Virus record (IMG/VR): IMGVR_UViG_3300048838_001102
Location: 1 to 58,038 of that record
DNA length: 58,038 nt
Strand: one strand, 5' to 3'
From: a virus
Lineage: Duplodnaviria > Caudoviricetes
In this document: piece by piece, positions 29,993 to 38,688 of the stretch
Position numbering within the stretch: position 1 is the first letter of the stretch
How the letters are laid out: every line of letters begins with the position of its first letter
The notes under the pieces: generated by a model
Seen by the model: the letters and a program-made list of their open reading frames with translations, nothing else
Told to the model about the DNA's origin: nothing
The model's database searches: none
Made by a program: the position numbers and the translations under genes

Positions 29993-32853
29993 CAGTTTCT
30001 CCTGTACCACCCCGGCAGCGGGGCGCTGTAGCGATCTTTTAATTCCTGGTGTTTGGCGTCATTCATCACTTCGCCGGTGTAGGACTTACCCGGAGCGAAA
30101 GTCAAAGCCAGAGCGTCCGCTTTATTCGGGGATCGTTTCAGGATTTCACGCAGCGTTTCTTTATCCGTAATCTTAATCCGCCCGCGCGCATCCATCGTGT
30201 ATTTCAGGGCCAAAAGTTCTTCGCGCAACTCATCGTCGTCGGGTAGCATCGACGCCGGGTTTTCTTTCAAAAAAACCCGTATCTGCCACAACAACTGATC
30301 GCGCATTCTGGAAAACTCGCCTTGCTCGCAAAATTCCGTGGCCGACACCTGCGTTTTAATGGCGATGCCGTTTATGCCCACCCGGCGAAGATAGGGCGCC
30401 ACGCCGGCGCCGAAACCGTTGGCATCGACAAAGACTTGTTTGTACCCGTCTTCCCGGCAAATCAACTCGGCCCGCTCATTTGTCACGCCTATGTCCACCC
30501 CGCCCCAAGTGGTAAAGCCCCGGACAAAAGAGCCCCACCGCGCGCACAGCGCCGTCTTGTCGGACCCGAGTTCACCAGGGTCGAGACCCGCCCGCCCATC
30601 AACGCCTTGTTGCGGGTGCTCCCCGTTTTCATCTACGTAGTCATTCCACCGGTTGACCGCGGCTTCGATCAGCGCTTCTTCGATCAGTACGTTTTCATCC
30701 CGGGTTGGATACTGGCCCAGCACCATGTAGAAAAATTGGGGTTCTTCCACCCGGTAGCGGCCGACGCGCAACGGCGGGTAAAAGGTTCCGTCTTTGCGCT
30801 TTGCGACATAATCGACCAGGTACTCCGGAAGCTCGAACACGTCCGATCCATTATAATCGTCGTCTTCTTTAAGATACCGGCACCAGGCATTGACACGCCA
30901 GGCGGTTCTTTCCCTCGTCACGGCGCCGGGGTAGAGATCTTTGCCCGTTACAACATTGGGGTGATTGAAAGCCGAAAGCTGGATTACTTTGGCTTCCTGG
31001 TGCTTGACCATACTATAGACATGGCCATGCTTAAAACGCGGGTTATACATGACGAGCAGTCGCGCCATACCGCCGGAAGTACACGACTCGATACCCTTGT
31101 AGACCGCATCAGGAACCGCATCGCCCTCATCTACGATGAAAAGAAGGTAAGGTGCATGCTTGCCACCGAACCGGCTTTCACGTTCATGCTCCATGCCCTG
31201 GCCGGGGATCGGCACCCCGTCGATGGAAGCCACAGGCGGAACCGTAGAGCTTTTAACCGTCATGCCGGATATCGTGGACCCGTCAAACACGTCCGCGTTT
31301 CCGCGCATGCCGGCAACCACTTTGTCCCACAAGATACGCCGCAGGTTTTTTTCCGGGGGCGCCGCGGTCATATATACCTCCGCTGCGGGGAAACACCTGA
31401 ACCACCACAGCGCAAGATCCGCGGCGCAAAAAGAATTGTGCTCTACAAAAGTGGTAAGAAAAGTGTGCCTTTTAGGAACGGAAATATTGTACGTCTCGAA
31501 ATCGCCTACATACTCAAGGCTTTTTACCCGATCCCACTTATACCCTTGCGGGATATTACGATACGGCCATCTGGCTCCTTTATGCCCGGTAAAACGAATA
31601 GCCGCGTCGTAAACTTCTTTTAACTGCTTTTCCTTGCCATAAATACCAACAACATCGATAAACCGAAGAACGTCGCTTGGCTTATAGACCTGAAACTCCC
31701 AAGCGTCGAAATCCTTTTCATCGTTATACCGTACTTTCCGATGCCGAAAGTATCCTGTTATCCCCAACCGCAGACACGCCATTTCCACGTCTCTTACCAT
31801 CTGCTCAGACGCAAGCGTTACGGCTATTCTGCCTACCGGGGAAGACTTCGAAGATGGCTTGGACACCCAGGCATACCCATCACACGCGAAAAACCGATTC
31901 AAAAAAAGCGCCAACTGGTCATCGGGCAATTGCCACACAAAAGACGGAAACGATTTTTCATTCGACTTTTTCCCGAATATGCCCCATTGACGCGCAAGAT
32001 TCAGCACTTCATTGGCACCCGGAGGCGCGTACCCGTTCGTTTCGTTTAACAATACCGATGAGACACAAATCCCGTACGGGTTACCCTTTGCTGGCCGTGT
32101 AAAACACCCGAGTTCCTCCACTATGGATAGAAACTCGTCTTTCACAGGACCGTCCGGTTTCGTGAAATTAATGGCAATCGTTGTCCCGCCGTCAGCCAGC
32201 AAATACGCCAGCAGTTTTAACTTGCTTTCGTCATACCGCTGCGACGCAAATGAACGTAAACCCAAGGGCACCGCAACCAAATCCGTATTTACATCAATAT
32301 CTTTTACCTGTACCCACCCCGACGGCTCGGGGATCAAAGACGAGCATTTGGTGTTTGGGTATTGGCTTTTTGCTTTAGCGCAATACAGAAGATGATTCGG
32401 GGTACGGTAGATTTGACGCCCGGAGCTTGACTCCACCCGGTAGACAGGCTTTCGGCCGTTCGGCCGTACCGCGGCTAAAACGATATCCTGTCGTCCTGTT
32501 GCCTCATCAAAACCCACCATAGGTACAATCTGCCCGGAGAGGTCTTCGACTTTGACAAACCGCCCATCCGCCAGCGGGACGCGCTCGCCTTGTTTCAGGC
32601 ACTTGCCCACGGCGTTCGCGCTTTGCGCTACAACGACATCGTTTTCCAAAACCGCCATCATCAGGTTTTGGACATCTTCGGTATAGGTGTGACCCAGGAT
32701 GTCTTTTCCAAACCCGATCGGATCTTTTTGATACCGCTCGTACCGGCTATGGAAAATTGCCCCGCCGCCGGCAAGACCTTTAATCAGATCCTCCATCAGA
32801 GAATCAGCGACATCGCCCTTAGCCGCTTTTATATCGGGCGAGACATAGCTCAT
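29992..32853 (-). CDS. terL: Terminase large subunit containing an intein
   Basis: Walker A SANAVGK|S, Walker B FIVDEG, YNP coupling motif, nuclease GLDPG..D, VDANG, SPNKADALAL. Confidence 0.95.
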   Translation of the reverse strand: MSYVSPDIKAAKGDVADSLMEDLIKGLAGGGAIFHSRYERYQKDPIGFGKDILGHTYTEDVQNLMMAVLENDVVVAQSANAVGKCLKQGERVPLADGRFVKVEDLSGQIVPMVGFDEATGRQDIVLAAVRPNGRKPVYRVESSSGRQIYRTPNHLLYCAKAKSQYPNTKCSSLIPEPSGWVQVKDIDVNTDLVAVPLGLRSFASQRYDESKLKLLAYLLADGGTTIAINFTKPDGPVKDEFLSIVEELGCFTRPAKGNPYGICVSSVLLNETNGYAPPGANEVLNLARQWGIFGKKSNEKSFPSFVWQLPDDQLALFLNRFFACDGYAWVSKPSSKSSPVGRIAVTLASEQMVRDVEMACLRLGITGYFRHRKVRYNDEKDFDAWEFQVYKPSDVLRFIDVVGIYGKEKQLKEVYDAAIRFTGHKGARWPYRNIPQGYKWDRVKSLEYVGDFETYNISVPKRHTFLTTFVEHNSFCAADLALWWFRCFPAAEVYMTAAPPEKNLRRILWDKVVAGMRGNADVFDGSTISGMTVKSSTVPPVASIDGVPIPGQGMEHERESRFGGKHAPYLLFIVDEGDAVPDAVYKGIESCTSGGMARLLVMYNPRFKHGHVYSMVKHQEAKVIQLSAFNHPNVVTGKDLYPGAVTRERTAWRVNAWCRYLKEDDDYNGSDVFELPEYLVDYVAKRKDGTFYPPLRVGRYRVEEPQFFYMVLGQYPTRDENVLIEEALIEAAVNRWNDYVDENGEHPQQGVDGRAGLDPGELGSDKTALCARWGSFVRGFTTWGGVDIGVTNERAELICREDGYKQVFVDANGFGAGVAPYLRRVGINGIAIKTQVSATEFCEQGEFSRMRDQLLWQIRVFLKENPASMLPDDDELREELLALKYTMDARGRIKITDKETLREILKRSPNKADALALTFAPGKSYTGEVMNDAKHQELKDRYSAPLPGWYRRN
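31435..32601 (-). mobile_element. 389-aa intein with LAGLIDADG homing endonuclease
   Basis: Starts CLKQGERV, block B TPNH, LLAYLLADG and FLNRFFACDG, ends HN followed by Ser. Confidence 0.95.
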
Positions 32854-33584
32854 TGCTTGAACTCCAACGCCGCACGCATCGCGTTTTTAGACACCAGCGC
32901 CTTTACCACCTTGTCCCGTATCTCCGGGGCTTCCTGGCCCAATACCTCCAACACGGTATCCTGAAACTCCTTGATCGCCTTTACGTCCGCAAGGGATTGG
33001 AAGATGCCAAGCTGAAACTCAAGCTGCTTTCGGATCTCGGCCATCGCTTTTAGCGCTATGGCCGGCTGGTTGATGGTCTTTGTGGTATTACGCGTTTCAA
33101 CCCCTGTGATGGGATCGATCTCCACTGTTTCAACCGTTGTCTCCAGGCTGTCAAGCAGCGCATTGGCCGTGCGGTTGATCTTGCAAAGCTGATCGATCGT
33201 GCGGATCTCGCGCGCGATGACGTGCCCGGCGACCGGCGCCACGTTGGCGACCGTTGTGGATTTTAACCGGGCTATCTTGTGGTTGACCGAAACTCGCGAA
33301 CAGCCGAACCGCCTGGCTATCCAGGCTTGGGTCCGCCCTTCCTTGAGGTATTGAACAAGCTTGCGCTCGTCAATTTTCGTGTTGGGGTGCCAGCCTTTCT
33401 TGCGCGGCCGGTAGGCATCGGCGTCTTCTATGAGAACGGAAGTTTTCACGCCGGACAGCGGATCGGTAAACAACTGATCCGGCTGCGGCTCGCAAAATGC
33501 GTCGTCCGAAGGACCGTCAAATGAAATCGGGGGCGTGTCGGATAAATCCTGGGGTGTCACATGCAAAATCATCTCCGCCTGCAA
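32850..33584 (-). CDS. terS: Terminase small subunit (HTH)
   Basis: TQAWIARRFGCSRVSV helix-turn-helix; ATGA overlap with terL. Confidence 0.75.
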   Translation of the reverse strand: MQAEMILHVTPQDLSDTPPISFDGPSDDAFCEPQPDQLFTDPLSGVKTSVLIEDADAYRPRKKGWHPNTKIDERKLVQYLKEGRTQAWIARRFGCSRVSVNHKIARLKSTTVANVAPVAGHVIAREIRTIDQLCKINRTANALLDSLETTVETVEIDPITGVETRNTTKTINQPAIALKAMAEIRKQLEFQLGIFQSLADVKAIKEFQDTVLEVLGQEAPEIRDKVVKALVSKNAMRAALEFKQ

Positions 33585-33629
33585 ATAGATAAAAGCCCAA
33601 AAATGATACGAATACCGCTATCGTTGCAC

Positions 33630-33659
33630 ATATTATTCCATATCGGTAAAGCATGTCAA
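33630..33659 (-). promoter_or_regulatory. Sigma70-like promoter for the terminase/late operon
   Basis: TTGACA-18-TAATAT on the minus strand. Confidence 0.6.
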
Positions 33660-33670
33660 CACTTTTGATG

Positions 33671-33700
33671 TTGACGCCGGACGCATTTGGACAGTACAAC
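33671..33700 (+). promoter_or_regulatory. Promoter of the recombinase operon (shared ACAG-TA motif)
   Basis: TTGACG-N14-ACAG-TACAAC. Confidence 0.55.
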
Positions 33701-33741
33701 AGCCCTATGCCCCAACACACCAAGAAAAAGGAGAGTTAATC

Positions 33742-34383
33742 GTGAACCCATCCGACGCACCAACCGCGGTATCAAAAAACCCCAACCACCCGGCAAAAGG
33801 ATCATCCATCCGCACCGACCCGATCCGCAATAAAAAAGACATCGAAAAAATTCTGGCCCTTCTGTCCGGCAACCCGCGCGACTCGGCGCTGTTTATCCTG
33901 GGCATCCACACCAACCTGCGCGCCTCGGACATCGTGGCCCTTACCGTCGGGCAGGTGGCGCACCTTGAGCCGGGCCAGGAGCTTGTCACACGCGATAAAA
34001 AGACCTCACGCTACATGGTCCGCAGCCTTGCCGAACCAGTAGTAAGAGCCCTTCGCCGCTGGCTATCCGTTCACCCGCGCGGAACCGACAAAAACGCCCC
34101 GCTGTTTCTCAGCCAAAGAAGCGGCGCGGCCTTGACCGCCCCGGCCTTGAGCCGCAAGGTCAAAGCCTGGTGCGCCCAAGCCGGTGTCACCGGCGGCAAT
34201 TACAGCAGTCACAGCTTGCGCAAAACCTTTGCCTACCACGCGTTGAACACTTTTAACCAGCCCGTCCACCTTGTTTCCGCTGCGCTGGGGCACAAGCAGC
34301 TTGCCACGACCTTAACCTACCTTGGCGTGCAAGACCGCCAGATCCGCCAGCTTTTTATGAACACCATCACCGACACCAAATAA
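33742..34383 (+). CDS. Short tyrosine recombinase (catalytic domain only; resolvase/FimB-like size)
   Basis: TNLRASD (R), DKKT (K), HSLRKT (HxxR), LGH, TLTY (Y); 213 aa, no arm-binding domain. Confidence 0.92.
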   Translation: MNPSDAPTAVSKNPNHPAKGSSIRTDPIRNKKDIEKILALLSGNPRDSALFILGIHTNLRASDIVALTVGQVAHLEPGQELVTRDKKTSRYMVRSLAEPVVRALRRWLSVHPRGTDKNAPLFLSQRSGAALTAPALSRKVKAWCAQAGVTGGNYSSHSLRKTFAYHALNTFNQPVHLVSAALGHKQLATTLTYLGVQDRQIRQLFMNTITDTK

Positions 34384-34400
34384 AAAGGAGAACCCACACG

Positions 34401-34949
34401 ATGATCAAAAAAATCCAATTTCTGGAAGACCGCGCGGGCGCCATCGTGGCGCTGTTCGACATCACCGATCGTAGATTCATTGAAACCGCACTGATCGGCT
34501 TCCACACCGTCACCCCAGCCTCTAAATTTACCGCCATGCTTTCGGCCGGCATCACCAAAGAGTCCATCCAGCCCTACCTGCGCATACCCGAAATGAAAAC
34601 CTTATGGACCACCTTGACCCAGGAAGTGCGCCCGGCGATGCTCTCGGGCCAGGCGGGGGTGTGTACCATGAGCGGCGAGCGCAAAGTGGTCCGCGTCGGG
34701 CCGGTTACCGGCTACCGACTCCGGCCAAAGGGCGGAACCGACATTTTACGAGAGGCTATGGACATTTCCACCGGTGTCTACTACGACATCGAGGAAGCCC
34801 GGATCGACCCAGCCTTCGACACCGGCGACACAAAGGCCATTATGGACTTTGCGGGCGTGGAAATCCAGAAGGTGCTCACCGTAACCGGCCTGACCGACGC
34901 CAAAATCACCATAGGGGAGCAGACTTTCTCGGTAAAAGGAGCTGTATGA
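34401..34949 (+). CDS. Hypothetical protein co-transcribed with the recombinase
   Basis: AAGGAG RBS, 182 aa. Confidence 0.75.
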   Translation: MIKKIQFLEDRAGAIVALFDITDRRFIETALIGFHTVTPASKFTAMLSAGITKESIQPYLRIPEMKTLWTTLTQEVRPAMLSGQAGVCTMSGERKVVRVGPVTGYRLRPKGGTDILREAMDISTGVYYDIEEARIDPAFDTGDTKAIMDFAGVEIQKVLTVTGLTDAKITIGEQTFSVKGAV

Positions 34950-35046
34950 GCCTACCTGGCGCCACGATTGACCCGCGGTTTGCCCCTTTCGAATACTGGC
35001 GGAGCTGGATGCACGTAACGGTTTGGATTGTGTGGTTCGATTGAGT

Positions 35047-35074
35047 AAAAGGCGCCTTTCGGGGCGCCTTTTTT
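35047..35074 (+). terminator. Intrinsic terminator (possibly bidirectional)
   Basis: AAAA-GGCGCCT-TTCG-GGGCGCC-TTTTTT. Confidence 0.85.
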
Positions 35075-35172
35075 CATGAAAAAAAGCAAAAATTTTTTCC
35101 GCCGACGCGTTTTAACGGCCGAAAATCTCGGCCTTTTCCCCCTGTAAAACCCCCACCCCCCATAATCACATA

Positions 35173-35280
35173 GTAAATGCCGTAACGGCGGCGAAATACC
35201 ATAAAAAATACCGGGTAAATGCCGTAATGGCGGTGGAATATTATAAAAAATACCTGATAAACGCCATAATGGCGGCGGTG
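35173..35280. repeat. About 2.5 degenerate 42-bp tandem units, each with palindrome GCCRTAAYGGC
   Basis: Palindrome cores start at 35179, 35221 and 35263. Confidence 0.85.
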
Positions 35281-35514
35281 TTTTATCGCCGGCTTTACCC
35301 ATTTTTTCCTGTAATGTTAACAATTTAGAAGTTTGGTGCCATTTAATTTGTACGACGCGCGCCATTAGGGGAATCGACTTGCCAACCCCGGCCCCCTATT
35401 CCGTTTTTCGGCCCCCTATATTGTCCGATTCACCCCGAATCGACCGTTTTTCCTGGAAGCTTGCTAACTTTCTGAAAAAGTTGCCGAACCTGATATGAGG
35501 CGTTTACCTTATTA

Positions 35515-35527
35515 AATCAATGCCTTA
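35515..35527 (+). promoter_or_regulatory. IHF-consensus site
   Basis: AATCAA-TGCC-TTA fits WATCAANNNNTTR. Confidence 0.4.
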
Positions 35528-35579
35528 CCTGGTTTTTTCCTGGCCTGCGGTTTTTCCTGGCCCGGCCTGGCAAGTGCCT

Positions 35580-35646
35580 ATAAAAAACTTGCACTGTGTC
35601 ATTTTTTACACACTGTGTCATTTTTTACACAGTGCAAGTTTTTTAT
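35580..35646. repeat. 20-bp perfect inverted repeat enclosing a duplicated 19-mer
   Basis: ATAAAAAACTTGCACTGTGT ... ACACAGTGCAAGTTTTTTAT; CACTGTGTCATTTTTTACA at 35592 and 35611. Confidence 0.9.
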
Positions 35647-35735
35647 TGCACCTCGCGTGCGAATCCGCGATGTCTTAAACGTAATACGTATTACAATTGT
35701 ACAACCGCCTGTAATCCTTATATCTTTTAACTGAA

Positions 35736-35751
35736 TGTTTCACGTGAAACA
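35736..35751. promoter_or_regulatory. parS: Chromosomal-type parS site
   Basis: Perfect 16-bp palindrome TGTTTCACGTGAAACA, the ParB/Spo0J consensus. Confidence 0.9.
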
Positions 35752-35821
35752 AAAAAAGGTAACAGTTACTTTTTGCAATTTGCAAAAAAGGTAACAGTTA
35801 CCTTTTTGCAATTTGCAAAAA
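35752..35821. repeat. Tandem duplication of two interlocked palindromes
   Basis: GGTAAC-A-GTTAC(C) twice, alternating with TTTTTGCAA-T-TTGCAAAAA twice. Confidence 0.9.
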
Positions 35822-35848
35822 TCAACCGGGCGAAACAGCGCGCCAGAT

Positions 35849-35971
35849 CCGCCGGGTTACGATTGCCGCCGTAAAAAAACTGATTAACTCATAATAGCAC
35901 GAAAAAAAGATTGACAAGCACATTTTACCGGCATAAAGTAAAATCAATACGCTGGAAAAACCACAAACGCC
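35849..35971 (+). repeat. 123-bp exact direct repeat, copy 1 (contains promoter TTGACA-17-TAAAGT at 35911..35939)
   Basis: Identical to 38913..39035. Confidence 0.95.
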
Positions 35972-35987
35972 GAAAGGAGAAAAAACC

Positions 35988-36227
35988 ATGCTCGCAATCA
36001 TTACGGAACCACGCGACGACGGAACATACGACGACGTTGGAACGAACCATCGGATCATGCAATCCAAGTACAAATCTATCCGCACCTTACTCCGATATGG
36101 CGTCCCAGACCACTTTAAAGGCACGTTACGCGTCGAAACGTGGCCGTCCATTCACTCATTTTACACAGATGAAAAACCGAGCTGGACGTTCTACGCCCAC
36201 AAAGAACACTGGTACCCCCGCCGATAA
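35988..36227 (+). CDS. Small early hypothetical protein
   Basis: Strong GAAAGGAG RBS downstream of promoter. Confidence 0.75.
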   Translation: MLAIITEPRDDGTYDDVGTNHRIMQSKYKSIRTLLRYGVPDHFKGTLRVETWPSIHSFYTDEKPSWTFYAHKEHWYPRR

Positions 36228-36246
36228 TAAAAAAAGGAGTCGTGTG

Positions 36247-36429
36247 ATGAAAAAACCCTGGACCGATGAAATGAAAATTCCGTATGGGAACAAAATTGAA
36301 TGGGTAAACGGCGCGCGGTATATCCGCTGCGATAACTGCAAAAAATACAGCCGGGCTGAATCAGTACCCTGGACGCCACCGCGGCAATCATTCTGCCCAC
36401 ATTGCGGCGGATCTATCGACATGAACTGA
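36247..36429 (+). CDS. Small zinc-ribbon protein
   Basis: AAGGAG RBS; CDNC and CPHC. Confidence 0.7.
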   Translation: MKKPWTDEMKIPYGNKIEWVNGARYIRCDNCKKYSRAESVPWTPPRQSFCPHCGGSIDMN

Positions 36430-36459
36430 AAACCACAAACGCCGAAAGGAGAAAAAACC

Positions 36460-36852
36460 ATGAAAATTGACCGCCAACTGCGACTACGGGACCGTAAAAA
36501 ATCCGAAATAAACGCAGCCATAAGCGCCGCTATTTACGGCAGGCAAACAAGTGACGAACTATCCGCTAAAATCTGCGATATCCTCTATACTACCATGCCG
36601 AAGGGCGCCCCCGCGCATATACACACCTATCTATCAGGGTATTATAGCTACTTTCGCGATCACGTCTTATATACCAAATTAGAATTTTGTTACCGCGTAA
36701 ATGGTGCCTTATACAGTACCCACAAAAACAGCCCGCGCTATTACGAAAAATCAGGGCTGTCACCGAAACAAGTAAACGACCTGGCAGATTTTTCTGGTCA
36801 TTATTGGATAGACAGCGACAAACTTTTTTTCGGCGATAAAATAGACCACTAA
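36460..36852 (+). CDS. Early hypothetical protein
   Basis: Preceded by the same 34-nt leader as the gene at 35988. Confidence 0.8.
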   Translation: MKIDRQLRLRDRKKSEINAAISAAIYGRQTSDELSAKICDILYTTMPKGAPAHIHTYLSGYYSYFRDHVLYTKLEFCYRVNGALYSTHKNSPRYYEKSGLSPKQVNDLADFSGHYWIDSDKLFFGDKIDH

Positions 36853-36873
36853 AAACAAAGAGGAGCAAACACC

Positions 36874-37470
36874 ATGAAAACGGATTATATCGGAATAGAT
36901 TATTCACTCGGAAAATCCAACTACAACCCCGAAACAGGTATTCACTATGGCGTCATACCAGCTAACGAAGTGCCGGCCTGGTACGAGGAATGCGAAACTG
37001 ATTATGGCAACGCACTTTGCCCGAAGTGCGGCGGACCCGCGAAAGACTTTGATACCGAAACAGAACAATTGGAAAATGGCGTAGCGATATCAACTATTAT
37101 ACCGGATGTAATGGATAATTGGGAGCGTTATACCGAACATGGCTGCGATGATTATTATTGTGAAACTTGCGAATTGATTTTTGATAGTCAATTCGCGTTT
37201 CCAGATGAGCCCCAAAGCTTTACCTATGAGCAGCAAGGGTACTCCGCCGCCCAAAACGGGGATGACAGCGACATATTCATACTTGAATCACCCTATTTCT
37301 CCCGATGCCAGTATTGTTCGCCCTGCGCGCCTGGCGCGGGGCATCTTTTAAACGAAGTTAAGAACGGAATAAAGACCTATTGCTTTGGTCATGACTGGTT
37401 TGAAAGCGGAAAAGCGCCGTACACCGTCTATGCCGTTAAAACCGGGAAAAAAGTCAATCCAAAAAAGTGA
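36874..37470 (+). CDS. Acidic Cys-rich early protein
   Basis: GAGGAG RBS; CPKC, CETC and CQYCSPC motifs. Confidence 0.8.
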   Translation: MKTDYIGIDYSLGKSNYNPETGIHYGVIPANEVPAWYEECETDYGNALCPKCGGPAKDFDTETEQLENGVAISTIIPDVMDNWERYTEHGCDDYYCETCELIFDSQFAFPDEPQSFTYEQQGYSAAQNGDDSDIFILESPYFSRCQYCSPCAPGAGHLLNEVKNGIKTYCFGHDWFESGKAPYTVYAVKTGKKVNPKK

Positions 37471-37549
37471 TGAAGGCATAATTGAAATGATCGAAGCTAA
37501 CGACTACGAATTTACGATAAACGGCGAACTTGCATAAAGGGGAAAATAT

Positions 37550-37960
37550 ATGACCTGGACAAAAAGAGAAATAGAAGAAGCGAAACAGACATTGTTAGAA
37601 CGTATAAAACCGGGCGACACCCTATTGACCAAAATAACCCACGTTAGCAGATCCAGCATGCTCCGAATCGTAGAAGTCTATCGACCGGGGGCAAACGGCA
37701 TACCAGAAAATATTAGCCGACTTGTGGCGAAAGCAACTGATAGGGGATTCGACGAAAAACGCTATGGCATCAAAGTAAGCGGCTGCGGATTCAGCGCGGA
37801 GCATGATGCCGTATATAACCTGGGATATGCGTTATTTTCCAAAGGTTTTACCTGCATCGGGGAAAAGTGCCCGAGCAATGATCACAACAACGGTGATAGA
37901 AATTATAAACCGCATTGGCATGAATCAGGGGGATACTCTTTAAAGTATAGGAGCCTGTAA
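37550..37960 (+). CDS. Early hypothetical protein
   Basis: HVSRSSM..VSGCG..C..CPSNDH..H; good RBS. Confidence 0.8.
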   Translation: MTWTKREIEEAKQTLLERIKPGDTLLTKITHVSRSSMLRIVEVYRPGANGIPENISRLVAKATDRGFDEKRYGIKVSGCGFSAEHDAVYNLGYALFSKGFTCIGEKCPSNDHNNGDRNYKPHWHESGGYSLKYRSL

Positions 37961-37962
37961 CC

Positions 37963-38133
37963 ATGAAAAACTTATCCGCCATGACCAATAAGGACTTTGA
38001 CCGCCTGTTACGTGATTTGATTGACAAGCATAACACGAAAGCAAGTGAACTCCTATCAGTGCCCGGCATTTATGAAATTTTATCGGAAGAATATAATAAT
38101 GACATTATTGACGCCTTTATGGAAGAAGATTAA
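37963..38133 (+). CDS. 56-aa protein with acidic C-terminus
   Basis: AGGAG RBS; hand translation MKNLSAM...IIDAFMEED. Confidence 0.65.
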   Translation: MKNLSAMTNKDFDRLLRDLIDKHNTKASELLSVPGIYEILSEEYNNDIIDAFMEED

Positions 38134-38159
38134 ACCACAAAAAAAAAGGATTAAACGCC

Positions 38160-38384
38160 ATGAAATTAACTCCAATAGCTTCAAATGTTACTCAACTATC
38201 AATTCCCGAATATGATGTGCTTTTCTCATATTCAACCCCTGTAGCAGCATATTCTAGGATTGACCATAAATGGTATCAGACCGAGCAATGGTATAGCAAA
38301 ACTACGACCAGACATATCAACCGATATGCCGATGGCAACGCCGAACATAGACCACAAGAATTTTTTGACGGCCTGGTAAAATAA
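38160..38384 (+). CDS. Small phage early protein
   Basis: LFSYSTPVAA..YSKTTTRHIN, a pattern I recall from early regions of other phages. Confidence 0.75.
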   Translation: MKLTPIASNVTQLSIPEYDVLFSYSTPVAAYSRIDHKWYQTEQWYSKTTTRHINRYADGNAEHRPQEFFDGLVK

Positions 38385-38439
38385 CTTTAACGCTGCGCCA
38401 TCGGTTAAAATCCGATGGCGCAAACATAGGAGAAAAAAA

Positions 38440-38637
38440 ATGCGCGCTACAATCACCTTGCTAAAATCAATCAATATGCCTTGCATGCTCTGTAATGACC
38501 GACAAGCCACTTGTCGCGCAGCGATCACCGACGGGATAGTGACCGTTAACCTGGTGCTATGCCCGGCTTGTGTAAAAACGCCAATCAACACACTTTTTGA
38601 CAAAATTTTACCGCCGAAAAAGGTGGAGACCGATTAA
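38440..38637 (+). CDS. Small zinc-finger protein
   Basis: CMLC and CPAC; AGGAG RBS. Confidence 0.7.
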   Translation: MRATITLLKSINMPCMLCNDRQATCRAAITDGIVTVNLVLCPACVKTPINTLFDKILPPKKVETD

Positions 38638-38688
38638 CCGTAGAAACGCAGACCGCCAAAGGGGAACGCCGGAAAAGGAGAAAACGCC

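Noticed and set aside
33742-34383. Classical prophage integrase or tail-fibre invertase
   Set aside because: Lacks N-terminal domains, no host flanks or att duplication, and no inverted repeats noticed around fibre genes
35173-35280. Mini CRISPR array
   Set aside because: The whole 42-bp unit is repeated with no unique spacers; no cas genes
34952-35365. 137-aa minus-strand ORF with internal repeats
   Set aside because: Translation of the 42-bp DNA repeats and terminator; no RBS support
35911-36429. 172-aa ORF and its twin N-terminus at 38975
   Set aside because: The TTG start is the -35 box of the repeated promoter; likely real starts are 36247 and 39083
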